DNA from: Hydrurus foetidus
Taxonomy: Eukaryota
Reading direction: 5' to 3'
Assembly (NCBI GenBank): GCA_900617105.1
Contig: UYFQ01000184.1
Coordinates: 1-48,649, forward strand
DNA: 48,649 nt
Every line of letters begins with the position of its first letter. The first letter of the stretch is position 1. The translations under genes were made by a program, and so were the position numbers. Below, piece after piece: positions 46,924-48,649 of this stretch. The notes beneath the pieces are model-generated. The model saw nothing but the letters and a program-made list of their open reading frames with translations, was not told where the DNA came from and made no database searches.

Positions 46924-48646
46924 TTAGAAGTTTTTAGGCATCAATTTCTTGAGCTTTTGATTTGAACGAAGATAATCGTGTAGTTTGTCGCATGTTCTTA
47001 ATGCATTCCATGGTTCCCATGAATTATGTGAATCATCGTAATTGAGCCATTTTACTTTTAAAAACAACGGATTTAATCGTTTTGTGTCTCCACGATGTTC
47101 TACAATGGATTCAACAAAGAATTTCATATAATCTCGTCTAGCAATATCTGGAGCAGATGTTCTTGAAGGATCAAAAATAAACTGCTTTAGATTACTTGCA
47201 TGGGTAATTCGTTCAGATTTATTCACTAAATTAAGTAATGTGTATTCTGAATCGATATACGAAATGACCTGAAATGGTCCCTGCCATTTAGTGTGTAACC
47301 GAGTGGGTGGCCCCACAGCATACTTTGCTAAAACATATGAACCAACTGGAAATACAGTTAATGGTTTGGCATTTTTCACTAAATGTCTTGCTTTTGCTAG
47401 TGTTACTTTTGCAATAGCATTCAGCATTACTTGATCTTGTATGTATAACATATTAGATATAAGAGCTGAGCTTTTTTCAGTGTTTCGAATTACCGGATTG
47501 GGTATAAGAATACAACATACTAGCAGGTGCTACGCCTGTAGTTTCATGTATAGAACTATTTATAATTCTTTGTACAAATGGAAGACTTAATCTGTAGTTA
47601 TCTACATCATTAGTTTCGAAGGTTAATGCGCGAAGATGTCTGTTGACTTCTCTATTAGCACGTTCAACTACCCCATTTTCTTGTTTAGAATAAGATAATG
47701 TAAGGTTGTGTGGAGTACCTGTTAAAACAAGAAACTCTTTAATCAAATCGTTTGCGAAATGAGAACCTTTATCAGATCTAATCATATTGGGAGCGCCGTA
47801 GCGACCAAAATGTTGCAAGAGTGCCTCACATGCTGATTTAGCAGTGGCATCTTTGCAATGGAAAAGTTCAATCCATTTAGAAAATGTGTCAATAATAACA
47901 AGAACGTATGAATCGTCTGGGTATGGCCCGATAAAATCGATATTCACGACGTCAAAAGGTCGGTTAGAAGAAGTCACATAATGTTGAACTTCAACCGGTA
48001 CCTTTATCATGCTCATCTTTTGACAGCATGGGCAAGATGCAATGAACATACGTACGTGCTGTCGCATATACTTCCACGCATGACCTAAACTGAAAAGTTT
48101 GGTAAGAGTTCTAGAAGAACCACCATGTCCAACTATTGCGTTGTGACATTGTTCCATCCATTCAAGTTGTTCTGGATTAGGTTCAGGTATAACTGTCAGT
48201 GCAGATAATACTATTTCATTATTACTAGTAGCTACCGGTGTGAACGGTAAAGCTAACTTAGCTATATTGGGACAAAGTCTTGATAGACCGTCCGCTAGCT
48301 GATTTTGTGTGCCTTTCACAAATATAACTTTGAAATTTAATTCTTGTAAAGCTATAAACCACCGTGACACCATTGAAGTTGGTGTTTGTTTCATATATGT
48401 AATGTTTTTGTGATCGGTATGTATTTCAAACTCACGATCTCTAATTAAAGAATCAAGTTGTTGACACGAGTAATAGATAGCATAAGCTTCTTTTTGTATC
48501 GTGGACCATTTTAATTGTGTTGCAGAAAGTGACTTGCTAATGAAAGCGATAGGTCTCCATTCATTGTTAACAACTTGAATTAACACACCACCGATTCCAT
48601 AATCTGATGCGTCAGTGTATAACTTAATAGTTTGACTTTTCATCAA
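46924..48646 (-). pseudogene. pol of Gypsy C (RNase H, integrase, chromodomain), frameshifted near 47480
   Basis: YTDASDYG, CHNAIVGH...CPCCQ, NIDFIGP/RSDKGSHF/VERAN, WQGPF, LKVKWLNYDDSHNSWEPW. Confidence 0.93.
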
Positions 48647-48649
48647 GAA

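Larger units (their letters stand above)
46325..48649 (-). mobile_element. Ty3/Gypsy chromovirus family C, 3' part
   Basis: Candidate LTR 46325-46537, PPT GAGATAAGTAGGAGTAG, then chromodomain, integrase and RNase H running off the window end. Confidence 0.92.

Overview
Eukaryotic genomic DNA with GT-AG introns; probably a plastid-bearing stramenopile (ochrophyte), inferred from a bipartite-looking presequence and a diatom CoDi-like Copia. Two nested transposon clusters (1-29042 and 37680-48649) flank a host gene island (29.2-37.4 kb: YkgJ/CxxCxxCC gene with a DUF1415-like tail, FBXO31-like F-box gene, SNU13, membrin/GOSR2). The TEs are three chromovirus-type Ty3/Gypsy families (A in two inverted copies, B, C), an intact Copia with identical LTRs, a solo LTR, a truncated DIRS/Ngaro-type tyrosine recombinase, a complete two-gene PIF/Harbinger nested in the TIR of a pogo-like DD35D transposon, and several MITEs. 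Main observation: none of the LTR elements whose 5' end is visible has a tRNA-type primer-binding site (PBS). Gypsy A and B each carry a different perfect 10/12-bp palindrome abutting the 5' LTR, suggesting priming through an RNA dimer. The Copia has an 11-nt perfect complement between its PBS and its own LTR, the geometry of Tf1 self-priming. These mechanisms are inferred; the sequence features themselves are directly visible.
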